A DNA stretch of 64,000 nucleotides, taken from positions 1,379,566 through 1,443,565 of the forward strand of contig MU004195.1 of assembly GCA_010093605.1 (NCBI GenBank). Reading direction: 5' to 3'. This stretch comes from Lophium mytilinum. Lineage: Eukaryota. Positions 59,901 through 64,000 of this stretch are shown here, piece after piece. The position numbers were made by a program, and so were the translations under genes. Under the pieces are notes generated by a model, which was not told the origin of the DNA, searched no databases, and worked only from the letters and a program-made list of their open reading frames with translations. Positions within the stretch are counted from its first letter, which is position 1, and each line of letters starts with the position of its first letter.

Positions 59901-60704
59901 CTTCTTGTCGGTATGTAGCATAATCAGAGAACCGATCCCCTGAGCCTCCTCCGTTGCTAACGCCGTATAGATCTCAACAGGAAACTCCCGCACATCCATG
60001 CCCGCATCTGGCCCGCCAGATTCTCAGCCCCCGATGCTGGAGACGCAACATCCGACTACGAAGGCTGCTATCTAATCGGCCTCACCAAAGCCAAGGATGT
60101 CGACTCAAACACTAAGATCGACCATAACGCATCAAAAGAAGCCCTGAAATCAACCCTCGACCGCTTCGAAGAACAAATTCGAAGCGATGACCGCTACTTC
60201 GACCCCAACTCCTCCTGGGTCCAAGTCACCCACGTCAAAAAATCCGCCCTCGGCGACCTCGCACTCGACACCCGCGAATGGGGCGTCTACGCCGCCGACG
60301 ACGACGCGGACAGCGACTCTGAAGACGAAGAACTCGATTCTGAGGATGACCTTCCTGCCGAGATGGCTGCGACTTCGCTGCAGGAGCCGCGCATCACGCC
60401 TGTCGCGGCGGCGAAGCTACGGCCGGCGGCTGATATCCTGTCACGGCTGCGTTGGGATCCTAATTTGGACTCGCAGGACTATATCGTGGGTTATGAGGAT
60501 CGGTTCCTGGGAGCGAAGGAGATTGCGCTAGAGCGGTGGAAGACGGAGCAGACGGATGATGAGTTCATTCCGCAGCATCGAATTCTGTACTTCAAGCGGA
60601 GGAGTGATGGAGTGATTGTTTGGGATCGCAAGATGCGGGTTGATTTGATGTTTGGGAGCGGGGCTAGTGGTGTTGGTGTGGGAGAGGTGAAGGAGGAAGA
60701 GTAG
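56952..60704 (+). CDS. Multidomain RNA end-processing/repair protein: 2H phosphoesterase + EEP + poly(A) polymerase-like nucleotidyltransferase + PAP central + MJ1316/DUF504, 1211 aa
   Basis: Exons 56952-59134, 59192-59910, 59971-60704. 2H: WPPHINVIYPF, YHLTVG. EEP: SYNVL, LQEV, GVHLT, AGDFN, RYDRIF, SDHWG. NTase: GSYGLGVWTTSSDIDC, MDIQY. PAP central: IKLWAQQRGIYSAKFGYFGG. MJ1316: RLRWDP...VGYEDRF...IPQHRILYF...WDR. Confidence 0.9.
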
Positions 60705-60776
60705 AGCAGATTAGTAGGGAAAAAAGAGTAGTCTGGGAGTATATTGCATCCAGCACCACAAAGACCCGGCCTTGTA

Positions 60777-61640
60777 TCACTCGCAGGGTAGAGTGGTCTG
60801 CGACATAATTTCCTTACCTAAGGGCGATACTACCTCGACGATCTTGTTTCGCCAAATTGCACGATGTCCGGTCCTCGCTCGGATGTCGCACTCTTGGAGG
60901 CCTCTCAACTGCCGCAAAGGCTCCAATAGAAGGTCTTGCCAAGTCCAGACGTAGACTTGGAGCGCTAATCTTAGTCGCCGAAGCCCCTTCATCGTCATGA
61001 TAGCTTTGCACATTGGGTACCAATGCCGCGGTAGATACTCTTCATACTTGGCATACTCTATGCTGGTGGTTGGTGGACCGAAAGACCAGCATGTTTGGAG
61101 GCTCGTTATAACGTCGAGGCGCTGGGGGGGAACAGCCTGCGCAAAAAATGTGAAGGAAATACAGGAGTCAAAGTCGAAAGTGGGTATGGAGTAGAGTAAA
61201 TCAACTGCTTCAGTGTAGACCTGTCGACATGTTTGTAGAAGTGCCATCTGTGCTATTGAAGCCCCCCGCAAAAGCACGTTGAACGGCTCAGGGAGCGCGT
61301 AGTACGGACGCAGATCGGATGGCATAATACATAAGCGGTCGATGTCGGTGGTCCCTGCAGGTTCTTCAATCAGGCATCGTTTGTGTGCGAGGCGCTTGCA
61401 CGCCAGGCGTTTGCGCAGGGAATGTGGATGATGTCGCTTGGAGAACCCAGAACGTAGCCGAATATTATAAGTCTGAGTTCAACAGGGAGGCGCGCAAGGA
61501 GCGAGCACGTCTGTGGTCTATGCTTAGGTCTTCGCCTGGAGAATAGGCTTCTTGGTTCTGGTAGTTTGGATAGATCGCGACGTCGTGAGGACCGCCTTGG
61601 AGGAGCTTATTTCTCGAAGTACTTTTGGCACTGCTCATCT
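60777..61640 (-). pseudogene. Disrupted fungal gene with F-box-like N-terminus (DUF7730-like)
   Basis: PQTCSLLARLPVELRLIIFGYVLG...IIHI is in a different frame from LRKRL...ALLQTCRQVYTEAVDLLYS...FDF (frameshift near 61419); in-frame TAA at 61609-61607 upstream. Confidence 0.65.
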
Positions 61641-62917
61641 GTAAGTGAGGTTAATCTACGCAGAGCTATGATTGCTGTATAGCAATAATTGCGATTAAGA
61701 TAGGTGGATGGGTTGAGGTGAAGTTGAGCAGAGAGGCTAGTACTGACGCGGCGTAGCGAGCGGGATGGGACAACTTTCAGCGCGCGGTGCAACCTGACCT
61801 GAGCACTCCTCTCCATGACAATCCATCTCGATACCTCACAGAATCCTTCTAGAACCTCACTTATGACCCCTAGTGTTAAACATACCTTCTCGGTACCTGA
61901 ATACGTATCAGGCGAGTTTCCTAGGCTTTGTCCTTGCCCTCTACCCTCGTGTCGTAGTTTTTCTTTGGGCACTCATTGCGGCCTCTGAGCACGCTGTTGT
62001 TTGTTCTCATTGAGAATGTCGACGCTCGGTCCAAGAGGTTATCCATGTCTGTGTGAGCCATGTAACGCTTACGGATTCTTACTTTTTCTACCGAGCGCGT
62101 TCCAATAAAGGACAACTATTTCCAGTACTATCTTTCTGTATTCAATGGCGCAAGATAGGACGTCCGCTATCGTAGAAGTACCGTTTTTCGTTCAATTTGA
62201 TCATAGTTGTTAGCCCCTTCCCCTTGAGATGGCGTAGATCTCCACATCTATCATGCTCCTCTCGTTAGGCCTCGAGTTGTTGTAGCACGATAGGCGTAAA
62301 ACCAGTCGCATATCATCAAGATGCTGTCTTGTACCTAGGTACACCTGTCTCCGACTGCTCATAGTGCTTCGAAGAGTTCCTACTGAGTCGGTCGTAGTTC
62401 TGAAAATGCATTGAAGCACCCCAAGCAGTAGCATACAAACGCACACCCAAGGCAACTTTATCTTTAGAGGCCACTTCGTACAGGAAACTACTGGTGAGAG
62501 CTTTCTATACGTTGTTTCCGTTCGGGATTGATTCGTTGCCTCCCTTCGTCGTGGCGCACAGATTGGAGATTGATGCCTCCGGACTCGAGTCCCTATAACA
62601 GCCATAGGCCTTGGTGATGTACAATAAACGGAGGAGAGGAGCGGCGTCATACTACACAACGCAAACAAGTCCAGTCAGTTGAGTTCTCTAAAGATGGAAT
62701 GACCCTCTGCAGCCTGTAGAGAGCTTCACCACGTGAGAACCCCGATTCCGCTCCGCTCGGGCTATCTAATATCCGAACCTTAAATGTTCACTGCAACGTT
62801 CGTAGTGAGATTTCAACATCAACTTCCTTCGCTGTTGGTCGACCCTTTGTCCACGCTCCATTGCCTTCTCGGCTGGTGAAACCCATTGCTCAACTTACTA
62901 GCAGCAGCCTCTGAGTT

Positions 62918-63932
62918 ATGACGCCTAACAACTCGAGTTGGCAAGGCGGCATGTCACTGTGGGAGTTCTGGTGGCCCGAGTTGGCCATCAGCAGAAAGCC
63001 TTTCGCGTCTCTAGCAGTCATGATCTCCGATTTTCTCCTCCATATCATCTTGCTTTTCTTCATGGCCGTCCAGACTGCTGCTCTCACTTGCAAAGTCATG
63101 CATCTGCGCGACAGTGGCAAATGGGACTGGCTCAAAGATGGAAGTTCGTGTCCTGGGCTTCAAGTCTCTTACCCGGACAGCGCGATCGTCAACATCGTGA
63201 CGGAAGACGAGAGCAAAGTAAGAACTCCTAGCGACACTGCTGCTTTCTGGAAATCCTTTCTGATGCTAATGGGTGAGGGTCTAGATGCTGGACGACTTAA
63301 CGAGCTTCACGAAGGCGATGCCAAGATTCATATCCGCCCCGAACTCCTTCACTTTCTTCTGGTACATGATAGCACTATGCGCAACATACACGGCCATCAC
63401 TGTCAGATCTCCGAAGGCGGTACTCGCAATATTGCTCGGCAACACGATAACGGCATCGGTAGTGTGGCCACTGTTGTTCTGGAGTGACAACGGGGTCTTC
63501 TGGCTGGTCTTCTTTCCATGGAACGTAACATTGACCATGGGCATGAACATGTTCCTGAGATCTATTGCCATAGCACAAATGCGGAAGCAAAAACAGGCCG
63601 GCCCATTGAATGCCAACGAGTACGACACGGAGAAAGGACCAAAGAAGGGCTCGTTCGTGGAGGGAGTGGCTTCAATGGCGGAGTCCTTCCAGCAAATTGG
63701 TGCTTCAGCCTCCAGGAAGGTCGAGTTCGCTGCAGAGGCGTCCCCAAGAATCCGTGATCAGCAACAGCTCGCGCGGAGCCACGATATCCTCGCCCTCAAG
63801 TCTGCGAACGCAGAGCCCGACGCCAACGAAAGCGATTCCGACCGCACCGGCAGCGATTCCGACGACTTCGAAAGCGGTTCCGACGACGACTACACCCTCA
63901 CACCGATGCGGAGGTGTGGCGGTGTACTTTAA
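62918..63932 (+). CDS. Hypothetical multi-pass membrane protein, ~315 aa
   Basis: Exons 62918-63217 and 63285-63932 joined by a phase-0 GTAAGA...GCTAAT...TAG intron; several hydrophobic segments and an acidic C-terminal tail. Confidence 0.7.
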
Positions 63933-64000
63933 CTTGGGAGACGACCTGGGTCCACAACACAAGAGTTTCTTCCAGGCTGGCCCCATCCTCGATGAGTATC

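Overview
Gene-dense window from a filamentous ascomycete (Pezizomycotina). Evidence is short GT-AG introns with CTAAC/CTGAC branch points and typical fungal gene families; the species cannot be determined. I reconstructed about 24 protein-coding genes by hand, and the exon lengths I summed preserve the reading frame. Core genes: ELP5, an atypical SDR, a Raf1/DIM-9-like WD40 protein, an APC amino-acid permease, a Chp1-like chromodomain-CCCH protein, Rab11/Ypt31, PEX16, CDC50/LEM3, a Fun19-like SWIRM protein, a SWIM-finger protein, RPN8, and a flavocytochrome b2 with PTS1. Accessory genes: HD hydrolase, tandem BTB pair, M43 metalloprotease, DUF6536-like membrane protein, F-box-ankyrin, head-to-head pair of homologous secreted proteins, head-to-head F-box/LRR pair, and one pseudogene. 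Most notable: (1) a candidate ~220-nt RNA polymerase III ncRNA at 26981-27201 (-) with A box, perfect B box, a possible pseudoknot, terminal hairpins and oligo-T terminators, matching no RNA I recognise; (2) a five-domain RNA end-repair polyprotein (2H-EEP-PAP NTase-PAP central-MJ1316); (3) a divergently transcribed pair of paralogous secreted proteins of unknown function; (4) a dense CAATTG/CAATGG motif cluster over 3 kb upstream of the SWIRM gene; (5) a strong-Kozak uORF whose stop overlaps the SDR start (ATGA). All family assignments come from motif recognition, not database searches.
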